A stretch of 64,000 nt of DNA, taken from the NCBI GenBank assembly GCA_965208325.1, contig OZ242326.1:4224001-4288000 (forward strand). The letters run 5' to 3'. Positions 1 through 8,756 of this stretch are shown piece after piece. This stretch comes from Candidatus Poribacteria bacterium. Its GTDB lineage: Bacteria; Poribacteria; WGA-4E; PCPOR2b. The position numbers and the translations under genes are program-made. The notes below the pieces were generated by a model. That model saw only the letters and a program-made list of their open reading frames with translations. It made no database searches and was not told the origin of the DNA. The number at the start of each line of letters is the position of its first letter. Position 1 is the first letter of the stretch.

Positions 1-10
1 TTACGTAAAA

Positions 11-40
11 AAACCGAGTTTTGAAGAAAAAACTCGGTTT
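11..40. repeat. Palindromic repeat AAACCGAGTTTT-GAAGAA-AAAACTCGGTTT
   Basis: Perfect 12-bp inverted repeat; same sequence at 2046-2075, 2207-2236 and 42782-42811. Confidence 0.9.
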
Positions 41-50
41 TAATGGAGGG

Positions 51-74
51 TCGCGATTCGGAGATCGCTCCTAC
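51..74 (-). repeat. REP-like hairpin GTAGGAGCGATCTCCGAATCGCGA
   Basis: GTAG foot plus hairpin just downstream of the methyltransferase stop; related copies at 43057-43079 and 43101-43119. Confidence 0.75.
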
Positions 75-82
75 TGGAACTA

Positions 83-754
83 TTACTTACGGGCGATGAC
101 GACGGCGATGGGGCCGCGGCGCCAAACGCATTCGGCGTCGAAGCCGGCGGTGCGGACAGCGTCGAGTTCGTCCTCGAGCGGGAAATAGGTGTCCTCCTCC
201 GCCCATTGAGCGAAATATTCGCGCGCACGCGGCTCCTCGATGCCTGAAGCGGCCATGTGATCGATCCAGCTTCGCCACGCCGCGTCGCGTTCAGGGGACG
301 CCGCTGGCATCGTGGCGTCGGCGTTGACGAAGACGCCGCCGGCTCGGAGCGCACCGTAAATCCGCCGGTACAGGCCGCGCTTTTCGCCGATTGACGGAAT
401 ATGGTGCAGCGCCAATGACGCCGCGACTGCATCGCAGGGCGGCAACGGCGCATGGAACGACGATTCGGTGAATCGTGCGCGTCCGTCAAACCGCGCGAGC
501 CGCGACCGGGCTTGCGCCAGCATGCCGCGGTCGATGTCGATGAGTTCCACCGTTCCGGAGGCGTCCGCCGAAAGGATTGCCTCGGACAGGGCGCCGGTGC
601 CCCCGCCGAGGTCGAGCGTCAAGTCCGGTTTTGTGCGGACAATTTCGCGCGCGGCAACGGCGAGCATGGTCTCGTAGCCCGGAATGAAGCGGCGAATCTT
701 ATCGTCGTAAGTGCGGATTTCAATGCCGAGGTGGCGGTGTACGGAGTGGTTCAT
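83..754 (-). CDS. Class I SAM-dependent methyltransferase (CmoA-like)
   Basis: Motif I LDLGGGTG, acidic DID after beta2, 'ASLALHHI' and 'LRAGGVFVNAD'; start taken at MNHSV (ORF track extends to 823). Confidence 0.85.
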   Translation of the reverse strand: MNHSVHRHLGIEIRTYDDKIRRFIPGYETMLAVAAREIVRTKPDLTLDLGGGTGALSEAILSADASGTVELIDIDRGMLAQARSRLARFDGRARFTESSFHAPLPPCDAVAASLALHHIPSIGEKRGLYRRIYGALRAGGVFVNADATMPAASPERDAAWRSWIDHMAASGIEEPRAREYFAQWAEEDTYFPLEDELDAVRTAGFDAECVWRRGPIAVVIARK

Positions 755-788
755 GGGTGATTGACGGTTGTGAGGTTTGGGATTTGAG

Positions 789-818
789 TTGACATTGTAC
801 CAAATGCGGTGGTATAAT
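789..818 (+). promoter_or_regulatory. sigma70-type promoter for the 873 gene
   Basis: TTGACA-N18-TATAAT with TG extension; GAGGAG RBS before ATG 873. Confidence 0.7.
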
Positions 819-872
819 CGCAACCATAGCGTGACATACAGAAGGGCCGCTTTTGGATTTGAGGAGTGACAA

Positions 873-1295
873 ATGGAAGTTTTTGCCAGCTACATACCCG
901 TCGTTCTAATAGTGCTAGCCATATTTGCCGCTAATTGGCGGACGACCGTACAGTTTGGACATATAACGATGAATATGGCGACTAAAGACGACATTCGGAA
1001 TCTGAATAATATAGTGGCGAATATGGCGACTAAAGAAGAACTTCGGGACATAAAAGAAGACATTCGGGAGATAAAAGAGGAATTCAGGTACATGAGAGAT
1101 GAAATCAAGGACATGAGAAATGACATCAGGGCGCTTGACGACCGAATGAATCGTTTTGAAATGCACGTGACTCAACAGTTCGCCGAGATTAAGGGAGAAA
1201 TCAGCGATTTGAAACGGGATGTCAATACGCTTCAACAATCGTATGTAAACCACCTAATTACAGAGCATAACATTAAACCCGCGCAGCCGGGTTAA
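873..1295 (+). CDS. Membrane-anchored coiled-coil protein (DUF1640/CCDC90-like ATKxD/E motifs)
   Basis: N-terminal hydrophobic helix, duplicated NMATKDD/NMATKEE, heptad-rich body; has its own promoter, RBS and terminator. Confidence 0.8.
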   Translation: MEVFASYIPVVLIVLAIFAANWRTTVQFGHITMNMATKDDIRNLNNIVANMATKEELRDIKEDIREIKEEFRYMRDEIKDMRNDIRALDDRMNRFEMHVTQQFAEIKGEISDLKRDVNTLQQSYVNHLITEHNIKPAQPG

Positions 1296-1331
1296 TCAGC
1301 TTGTGCAAGAAATGACCTGTATCGCACCGCC

Positions 1332-1361
1332 AGCCGTTGGTATATGCCAGCGGCTTTTTTT
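1332..1361 (+). terminator. Rho-independent terminator
   Basis: AGCCGTTGG-TATATG-CCAGCGGCT followed by a T run, after the 873-1295 gene. Confidence 0.75.
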
Positions 1362-1393
1362 GTGGAATGGGAGCGGACGAGGAATTTGTTTTT

Positions 1394-1495
1394 GTAGGTT
1401 GGGTAGAGCGGAGTAAATGAAAAACGCGAACAGTGTCGAATGGATAATGGTATGTGAATTTGATTGAAAATGTTTAAGAAATAGCGAAACCCAAC
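1394..1495 (+). repeat. 102-bp split REP-like element (GTAGGTTGGGTAGAGCGG-71nt-AGCGAAACCCAAC)
   Basis: Termini shared with 11 other copies in the window. Confidence 0.85.
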
Positions 1496-1526
1496 GATCA
1501 ACCGACCGAATAGGGAGGGCGATAGT
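1496..1526 (-). repeat. ACTATCGCC...GTTGATC dispersed module (about 31 bp)
   Basis: Related copies at 20535-20565(-), 22173, 28413, 28571, 28729, 36108, 42656 and 49149. Confidence 0.75.
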
Positions 1527-1629
1527 CTTGTCTTAATTTTGAGACATTTCGGTTGCTGGTTGTCGGTCGGTAATTGTTTAATGTGTGTGGCAATAGAAAA
1601 AACAGAAAAGTTGCTGGGGAATTAATGAC

Positions 1630-2290
1630 GGTGTGGGTGTTTGGGAGTCATTCAGGATGGGAGAGGTTTTAAAAGCGTTGGGTTTCGCTCCATTCATCGG
1701 ATTTAGTGCGTGGTTGAGTTGACGGGGGTGGTTCGTTAAATTGGGCGTTTATTGGGTGAATCCGCTCTACCCAACCTACAAGAGCTGTCCGTGGTCGTAG
1801 GGGCGGGGTTCCCCCGCCCATTGAGCAGCCGGAGGCGGCGAATTCCCGACCATACCAATATGATGTGTGAACAAAGGGTTGGGAAACCCAACCCCTACGA
1901 ATTATCGAATATTGGATGTCGCTAGGTTTTCTAGCGCGCCGCGTGAAATTTTACGTCATTTGGTGCAGACCGCTCAACCCAACCTATAAGAACTGGTACT
2001 TTGCGGACGGCACACGGAGTGTGCCTGCTACTTTTCGTTATGAAGAAACCGAGTTTTGAAGAAAAAACTCGGTTTCTAGCGGCTAAAAACTCGGTTTCAA
2101 GCAGCCAAAAAGAGAATTTTTGAAACCGGGTTTTGGGGGGAGGCGTATATTTGCGTACAGTGTCAGGTTTAGGATGGAAGTGTCGATTTTTGGTGGGTTA
2201 TCGAAGAAACCGAGTTTTGAAGAAAAAACTCGGTTTCAAGCGGCCAAAAACTTGGTTTCTAGCAGTCAAAAATCGGTTTTTGGTACCCTA
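1630..2290. repeat. Intergenic REP mosaic
   Basis: Split REP 1677-1779(-); GTAGGGGCGGGGTTCCCCCGCCC 1797-1819; GTAGGGGTTGGGTTTCCCAACCC 1875-1898(-); GTAGCAGGCACACTCCGTGTGCC 1997-2031(-); AAACCGAG palindromes at 2046 and 2207 with partial tandem copies. Confidence 0.85.
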
Positions 2291-2310
2291 TGAACCTTGG
2301 CAGAAAAGTA

Positions 2311-2339
2311 TTGACAGATGTTAAAATCTGTTGTACTAT
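2311..2339 (+). promoter_or_regulatory. sigma70-type promoter P1 of the giant surface gene
   Basis: TTGACA-N17-TACTAT. Confidence 0.55.
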
Positions 2340-2425
2340 GTAGCGGATTCTGAAGGCGGGTGTTGGGGCGGTTTCGGCTCGGTTGAGCGGGGGCGAAAAA
2401 GGTGAAAAAAGTCCCAAGAAAAGTC

Positions 2426-2454
2426 TTGACAACTTGCGGGATCTGTTATATTAT
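2426..2454 (+). promoter_or_regulatory. sigma70-type promoter P2 of the giant surface gene
   Basis: TTGACA-N17-TATTAT. Confidence 0.6.
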
Positions 2455-2818
2455 AGTTATGTGTTGCGTCAGGGCTGCGCGGCGGGTACGCCGGGCGTCC
2501 GGGTGCGGCGCGGGAAGTACGGGCTTCATTCTAGACAACTATTCTCTAGAGGATCAACAAGCGGCACCCTCCGGAGACACGTTTTGAGTGAGGACAACAT
2601 TTCAGTCAGTGTGTGGAGGGTGTGTTTGCCCTCACGAGTGAGTCCCGAAATCCGGACGTGCGGGTTTCGGGGTTTTGTTGATTCTGTTTTATGGTTTATT
2701 TGGAAAGGACGACTAACCGATTATGGATAGTTCAACTAGGGCTTGCGAATCCAGCAAGCGAAACAGACTAAAATTTAATTCTTCAACATACAAACAAGCA
2801 AGGAGGAAACATAAAGTC

Positions 2819-5800
2819 ATGTTGAGTAGAATTTCGAAAATGAGTGTACTCGGTATCGTTGCGCTCATGCTTGTGCTCGGTCTGACGGCGGACGATGCGT
2901 TCGCGCAGGCGGCGGGTACGTATGGCGTGGCCGTGACATCGAGTCCGGACCACACTACCGATCCCAGTGGACTACGCGCAGCGGGCACTGCAACGTCGAT
3001 AACGTTTACCCTCACGGTTGCTGAACGGCAGGATAAAGGAACGCAGGATCCGCCCGATCCTCCGGCGTCTACAGCGGCGCGCGAAGTCACGATTACCATT
3101 CCGCACGAGTGGACGACTCGACCGATTGAGGACAACGGCGACACAGATCCTCCCGCGGATGCAGGCGAGGTGACGTTTAGCGACGGCACAAACACCGGCA
3201 GAACTGTCGGCTACGTTTCGGGCCGAAACCTGAAGATTAAGATTCCGGAAGGCGCCGCCGGTAACGGCACATACACCGTCGTTTACTACAACGCAACCAT
3301 ACCGCACCGCAAAGGCGACTACAGATTTCCAATCACCAATGCTGATGTCAGCTTTGTGCAGGTTTCGGTATATTATGTGGCGAACGGTTCGGGTAAGGTG
3401 ACCTTTACGTCATCTGTTGCCAAGCAGGGCGAGCTCAAGGAAGGCGATGTCAATCACGCTTATAACAACCAGTATGTTGCGGTCAGCGAGCAGCCGTTAA
3501 ACAACGCCGTTTTTAGGTTTGAAGCATTGGGATCCATGCCAAAGGATTCGCAGGTGAGAGTCACGATGGCTGGTGACGCATTTATGCTCGGGAATCGTCC
3601 CAACGACGACAGCACCGCGTCGGTGAGCGGCGCCGGCAGTCCGGAGCTTGCCCGGGCGGCGGATACCGTGACCGCTACCATCAAAGCGGATGGCGGGATC
3701 GAGAAGGGCAGTTCGATTACCATAACCATAAAGGGTCTGAAGGCACCTGCGGTCGCTGCGGATGCGGCGCCAAATACCGCTCATTCGTTTACAGTCGCAT
3801 CGGGAGTTTTTGCGGATCCGGTTGTATTTGCAGATGTCGCAGACGCCGCATTTCCTTTCACTACGACCGGCCCATCGGGGCGCGGTACACTAGCCATGGC
3901 GACCACCGGCGATCCTGCCGACCCGCCTAGTATCGCGGACGTTGCGAATCAAGCCGTGCAGGAAGGCACTAACCTCAAGACGTTGGCATTTACCATTGCC
4001 GGCGATGCGTCTCTTGGCGCAGGCGCCAGTTATGAAATTAAGCTTCCGAGCGCTTTCCCGGCGCCGACGATGGCAATTGCGCCCATCGGCGGCACTGTTG
4101 ATGTAAACGTTGTCGGACACACGAATGCGGCAAAGCATGACGGCGGCGCACGGACACTAAGTGGCCCGCTTCGGGCTTGGGCCGATCAGACGACCGATTC
4201 GCTTACGGCGGCAGTAGAATACCGAGCCGGTCCGATTTCGACGCAGGGCAGGCACGTCTTCGGGTTCAAAACCAGCACGGGGCCGCACGGCGGATTGATG
4301 GATGTCGGCGGCGACGGTTATCCGCGGTACATTGATGTCACGGCGAAGCACGACAGCGGTACGTTTGTGGTTAAGGAGAATGGCCAGCCGTTGGTTCGGA
4401 CTACAGCCGAGGCACAGCACGACGTTCTCGAATTGGTCTTCACCGCCGCCGGTTATATGCCTAAAGGCGTGGTCGTTTTTGCAGTTCCGACTAATGCGGA
4501 CACGGATCCGGTACTGTCGCCGGCGCTGCCTTGGCCGCGTCCCCGTAACGACAACGGCGACAGCACCCCCGATGTGGGCGAGGTGACGTTTAGCGGCAAA
4601 GCCGACTTTGTCATTAACGCCGACGGCACCATTACCGCGACAGGGAACGCGGCTTGGAACATGAACGACGAGATTAAGGTGACATACAAGAACGTCAAAG
4701 TTCCGAAGGGGCCGGATAGCGCCCCTAACCAGCCTTTCGCATTTACTGCAATGTCACGGTCCTTTGGCACTGGTGATACTGAAAATTTGCACACAAAGAT
4801 GCATAAAATCGGCGCCGGGCGCACGGCGGACGGCAGCGGAACGTTGGCGGTTGCGCCGGACAGCGCGAACTCCAACACGACGATCGACGTGAAATTGACT
4901 TTCACATCGCAAGGCGACATGCCTGTCGGGTCGGCTGTCGAGGTAACCATCCCTGACGGATTTCCCGATCTGACCGGAAATGTGGCAATCGGACAAGAGG
5001 GCGTTGCGGCGACCTTGACATCAACGGCGAGGACCATGACCGCCACGGTTGCGAACACATTGGGCAATAACGGCACACTTGTGTTCGATATCACCGGCGT
5101 AGTTACGCCTGCGTCGGGCGGGCCTTACGAGTACACGGCGAAGTCGAAAGCTCATCCGAGCGGCACGCTGACGGCGCTTTCGAGCGGAGCTGCTAGGATT
5201 ACCATTAACCAGGTGACGGCTGGAACGGTGATGTTGTCCACCACCTCTGCAGAGCCAGGTACGTTCATTGATGATAACCTGACGATTACCTTCACCGCAG
5301 GCGCGCAGATGCAGTCCGGTTCGAAGGTTACGGTCGAGATTCCGGAGGCGTTTACATCGGTGCGCCCGGACAACAACGACGGTATTGATGATGCGGGTGA
5401 GGTCTTGCTCACGGGTTCCGCTGACCTTGGAGTCTCTGGCGGCGGGACGACGCCGTGGGTGCTAACCGCGACGGTGAATGCTGTCATAGAATCCGGCGGA
5501 ACGCTGGTTATCACCTACAAAGACGTGACCGTACCGATGGCGGAAGCTGTGTATACGTTCACCACGATGGCGTCTGTTACCGCGGATCAGGGGCTGCTGC
5601 CAGTTTCAGTTCAGCCGACCCTGACTGTCAGGAAGTCTGTCACCGCTATCGCGATGGTTTCCGATCCCGATCCGGCAACGGTGTTCACTGGCGAGTCCAT
5701 TACGCTCACTGTGTCGCTTATGGCTGGAACCGAAGCGGGCAAGGCGTTGGGCGACCAGGTTGTGATGCTGTCCGACGGAGACGCGGGCGGTACGTTCATG

Positions 5801-8095
5801 CCCGCCTCAATCACGATTGCGGATAACACGGGTGAAGGATCCGCCACCTATACGAACAGCACGGCTAGTAATCCTACGTATACGTTGACCGCTACATTAG
5901 GCGACTTGGATGCGGTTACCGTCGAAGCTACGATTAAGTCGAAGATTCGCGATCTGACGGTTAACGGCAAGAAAGCGGATATCGTTGTCGCAGCCGGTCA
6001 AATGCTCACCGTGAGCGCAATCGGTCAAGCCGGTACGGGTACCGTGACTATCAAGGATGCCGACGGCAATAAGGTCGGGCTGACGCGCGCGCTAGATCCG
6101 ATTGGCGAAGTCGATCCCGACGGCGACCAGCAGTTCCAGCGAGACGTGATGCTGCCGGATTCCACTGTCGACGGCGAATACACGGTCAACGTTATGATTA
6201 ACGACCAACCCGGCACGATTTCGATTACGGTGCTGAACGACCAGTCACCGCCGACGTTGAGCAACGCCAGTGTGCTGTCCAACACCGATACGATTATGAA
6301 CGGCAGCGTGCTGACGCTTAGCGTGGACGTTGTCGCGGCAAGCGAGAGCAATCCGATTGACGACGACACAGTGATGGCGGATCTCAGCGAGGTTGACTCA
6401 ACGCGCACGGAAATGCTTCCGTTGGGGAAACAGGCTGGAACCGACAACACATATATCGCTGTTTACACCATCAGCATGGACAACGAAAGTGCGGATGGCG
6501 AAAAGACGGTCACGTTCTCGGCGCAAGCCATGATTGGCGACGCCAGCACGGCGACTGCGATGGTCAACTTGGAGAACGATCCGAGCACGCTTGACAGCGT
6601 AATGGTACCGGACGATACGTTCAGGCCGGGCGATATGGTCACGATTACCGCGATGGGTACGGCGGGGCAGATGGTGAAATTCACCGTGACGTCCTCCGAC
6701 GGCACGGCGATGCCTGACGGCAAAGCCATGACGGAAGGACCGGACGGAACGTATACCGGAACCTTCGACGTCGTGGGTGATGTCCATACCGAAGGCATGT
6801 ACGACGTGACGGTCACCATGAACGACAATCCGGCGAAGTCGATGACTATGGCAGGTTCGCTGGACATTGGTCCTGCGGGCTACATGTTCACCTTGTCGAT
6901 TCCGGCGGGTACGCACGCCATACATATCCCGTTGGCGGTTAACATGATTAACGGCGAAGACGGCACGATTGAGACGGTCGGCGATGTCTACGACGCGCTC
7001 GGCGATGCGGTCAACTTCATCATCACGCTCGGCGCTGACGGAAGCTGGATGAGCTACCTCGGCGACGATAGTGCGGGCAGCATGGCGGACGCGGCTATCG
7101 GCGACGATTCGGGTCTGATTGTTGTGATGAAGAGCGCTGCGACGTTAGAGTTGGTCGGTGACGCGTTAGGCACCGGCGGCGTTTCCATGGTTAGCATTGA
7201 AGCCGGGAACAACCTCGTCGGTGTACCGCTCGATCCGGCGGTCGACATGATGATTAGTGACGCACTGGTCGAAGGCGTGCAGGCAATCGCGGTATCCAAC
7301 GCTGCAGGCGACGGATTCCATAGGATTACGGCAGCCGGCGACATGGGCGACGGTCCTATTGAAGGCGGCGTGGGTTACATCGTTGTGGCTACGGCGTCGG
7401 CGAGCATTCCGGTCATCGGTTCCGCATGGGAGAACGAAGGCGCCGCGGCAGCACCCGCAGTGGTGTTCAGCGGTTCGCAGACACCGGTTCTCCATGTTGA
7501 CGGCGGCGTTATGGATGAGTTCGACATGTTGGCACAGGTTCCCGAACTTCGTGTCACTGTGAAGAACCTGTCTACCGGCGCTTCGCTGGATACGGTTCTC
7601 GGATCGGAAGCATCGTACAGCGCGACGTTTGTTGAGTTCGGACGCCATGCCGCCAAGGCTGGCGATGTGCTGGAAATCGTAGCGCATTCACCGAACCCGT
7701 ACGTCGGTGTACGTCCGGTACCGCAGATAGTCGTTAGCGCGGAAGAGGTGTTGACGAGCCGTATCAGTCTGCCCGACTTGGAACTCTATGAGATTCCGTC
7801 GGAGACCGAGCTGTTGGCTAACTACCCGAATCCGTTTAACCCTGAAACGTGGATTCCGTACCGGTTAGCGAAAGCTGCCGAAGTGACGTTGAGTATCTAT
7901 GACACCAACGGCGCCTTGGTACGGTCCATAGATGTCGGCTTCAAACCAGCGGCTGTGTACGAATCACGTGCATCGGCGATTTACTGGGATGGTCGCAACA
8001 ACTACGGTGAACGCGTTGCCAGTGGCACGTACTTCTACCACTTGACGGCGGGCGAAGATTATGCATCGACGCGCCGGATGGTGATTCTGAAGTAA
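2819..8095 (+). CDS. Large secreted Ig-like repeat surface protein with T9SS type A / FlgD-Ig C-terminal sorting domain
   Basis: AGGAGG RBS before ATG 2819; signal peptide ending AFA-Q; Thr/Gly/Asp/Val-rich beta repeats; C-terminus LLANYPNPFNPETWIPY...YWDGRNNYGERVASGTYFY...RRMVILK. Confidence 0.9.
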   Translation: MLSRISKMSVLGIVALMLVLGLTADDAFAQAAGTYGVAVTSSPDHTTDPSGLRAAGTATSITFTLTVAERQDKGTQDPPDPPASTAAREVTITIPHEWTTRPIEDNGDTDPPADAGEVTFSDGTNTGRTVGYVSGRNLKIKIPEGAAGNGTYTVVYYNATIPHRKGDYRFPITNADVSFVQVSVYYVANGSGKVTFTSSVAKQGELKEGDVNHAYNNQYVAVSEQPLNNAVFRFEALGSMPKDSQVRVTMAGDAFMLGNRPNDDSTASVSGAGSPELARAADTVTATIKADGGIEKGSSITITIKGLKAPAVAADAAPNTAHSFTVASGVFADPVVFADVADAAFPFTTTGPSGRGTLAMATTGDPADPPSIADVANQAVQEGTNLKTLAFTIAGDASLGAGASYEIKLPSAFPAPTMAIAPIGGTVDVNVVGHTNAAKHDGGARTLSGPLRAWADQTTDSLTAAVEYRAGPISTQGRHVFGFKTSTGPHGGLMDVGGDGYPRYIDVTAKHDSGTFVVKENGQPLVRTTAEAQHDVLELVFTAAGYMPKGVVVFAVPTNADTDPVLSPALPWPRPRNDNGDSTPDVGEVTFSGKADFVINADGTITATGNAAWNMNDEIKVTYKNVKVPKGPDSAPNQPFAFTAMSRSFGTGDTENLHTKMHKIGAGRTADGSGTLAVAPDSANSNTTIDVKLTFTSQGDMPVGSAVEVTIPDGFPDLTGNVAIGQEGVAATLTSTARTMTATVANTLGNNGTLVFDITGVVTPASGGPYEYTAKSKAHPSGTLTALSSGAARITINQVTAGTVMLSTTSAEPGTFIDDNLTITFTAGAQMQSGSKVTVEIPEAFTSVRPDNNDGIDDAGEVLLTGSADLGVSGGGTTPWVLTATVNAVIESGGTLVITYKDVTVPMAEAVYTFTTMASVTADQGLLPVSVQPTLTVRKSVTAIAMVSDPDPATVFTGESITLTVSLMAGTEAGKALGDQVVMLSDGDAGGTFMPASITIADNTGEGSATYTNSTASNPTYTLTATLGDLDAVTVEATIKSKIRDLTVNGKKADIVVAAGQMLTVSAIGQAGTGTVTIKDADGNKVGLTRALDPIGEVDPDGDQQFQRDVMLPDSTVDGEYTVNVMINDQPGTISITVLNDQSPPTLSNASVLSNTDTIMNGSVLTLSVDVVAASESNPIDDDTVMADLSEVDSTRTEMLPLGKQAGTDNTYIAVYTISMDNESADGEKTVTFSAQAMIGDASTATAMVNLENDPSTLDSVMVPDDTFRPGDMVTITAMGTAGQMVKFTVTSSDGTAMPDGKAMTEGPDGTYTGTFDVVGDVHTEGMYDVTVTMNDNPAKSMTMAGSLDIGPAGYMFTLSIPAGTHAIHIPLAVNMINGEDGTIETVGDVYDALGDAVNFIITLGADGSWMSYLGDDSAGSMADAAIGDDSGLIVVMKSAATLELVGDALGTGGVSMVSIEAGNNLVGVPLDPAVDMMISDALVEGVQAIAVSNAAGDGFHRITAAGDMGDGPIEGGVGYIVVATASASIPVIGSAWENEGAAAAPAVVFSGSQTPVLHVDGGVMDEFDMLAQVPELRVTVKNLSTGASLDTVLGSEASYSATFVEFGRHAAKAGDVLEIVAHSPNPYVGVRPVPQIVVSAEEVLTSRISLPDLELYEIPSETELLANYPNPFNPETWIPYRLAKAAEVTLSIYDTNGALVRSIDVGFKPAAVYESRASAIYWDGRNNYGERVASGTYFYHLTAGEDYASTRRMVILK

Positions 8096-8116
8096 GTGTT
8101 CGCCGCAGAATAATCT

Positions 8117-8163
8117 ATTAGCTGCTAGGCGGGCTAGTTGTGTTGCCTAGCAGCTAATTTTTT
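8117..8163 (+). terminator. Rho-independent terminator
   Basis: 14-bp perfect stem ATTAGCTGCTAGGC/GCCTAGCAGCTAAT followed by a T run. Confidence 0.85.
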
Positions 8164-8195
8164 GTTTTAGATTGTTGAATCATTGTATTTTCTTT

Positions 8196-8515
8196 GTAGG
8201 TTGGGTAGAGCGTATTTTCTTTGTAGGTTGGGTAGAGCGGTATTGTTAAAACATGTGAGCTAATTCGGATATGCTTGGATTGATTGATAGCGTTCAAAAT
8301 ACGATTGATTGTAGCGAAACCCAACGCTTTACGAACGTCTCGAATCTCCAGAGACTCAAAAGCGTTGGGTTTCGCTACGCGAATTTTGATGTCGTCATCG
8401 ATCAGATATCTGAACCGTTTTCTCCACAGGAACGGTTGTGAAATTACCCGCTCTACCCAACCTACAAAAGCATTTTTTTTAGATGTGTTGTATCGCGGCT
8501 GGAAGCCTCTCCCAC
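8196..8515. repeat. Inverted pair of split REP elements plus a GTGG-footed REP
   Basis: 8223-8325(+) and 8364-8465(-) with different 72/71-nt cores; orphan left end at 8196-8212; ATCGCGGCTGGAAGCCTCTCCCAC at 8492-8515. Confidence 0.85.
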
Positions 8516-8558
8516 AGGGTAAGGCAATCAATTTTTTGTTAAAATCGAATAAACAACT

Positions 8559-8587
8559 TTGAAAACCGTTGTTGGCTATGCTATAAT
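8559..8587 (+). promoter_or_regulatory. sigma70-type promoter
   Basis: TTGAAA-N17-TATAAT with TG extension upstream of 8757. Confidence 0.6.
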
Positions 8588-8756
8588 AGATATGATTCGA
8601 TGGCTTTATAAAATATAATTTGGTCTGGTGTTACAATTTTGATTTTTTGTTTGTGTTTTAAGAGAAGTGGTGTGGTTGGTCTTGGGTCGGGCTTACATAT
8701 CAAAACCCGCGTGTGAGCCGAATTAGTGATGAGCGAAATTTTTGGGAGGTTGAATA

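Noticed and set aside
1394..1495. Integron attC sites as the identity of the split REP
   Set aside because: No RYYYAAC...GTTRRRY end arrangement, no integrase, and the cores are not self-complementary along their length
2600..2670. c-di-GMP-I riboswitch (GGGCAAAC on the minus strand)
   Set aside because: Wrong strand for the downstream gene, and the remaining consensus is absent
8154..8562. ORFs between the giant genes
   Set aside because: They overlap the inverted REP pair and the terminator
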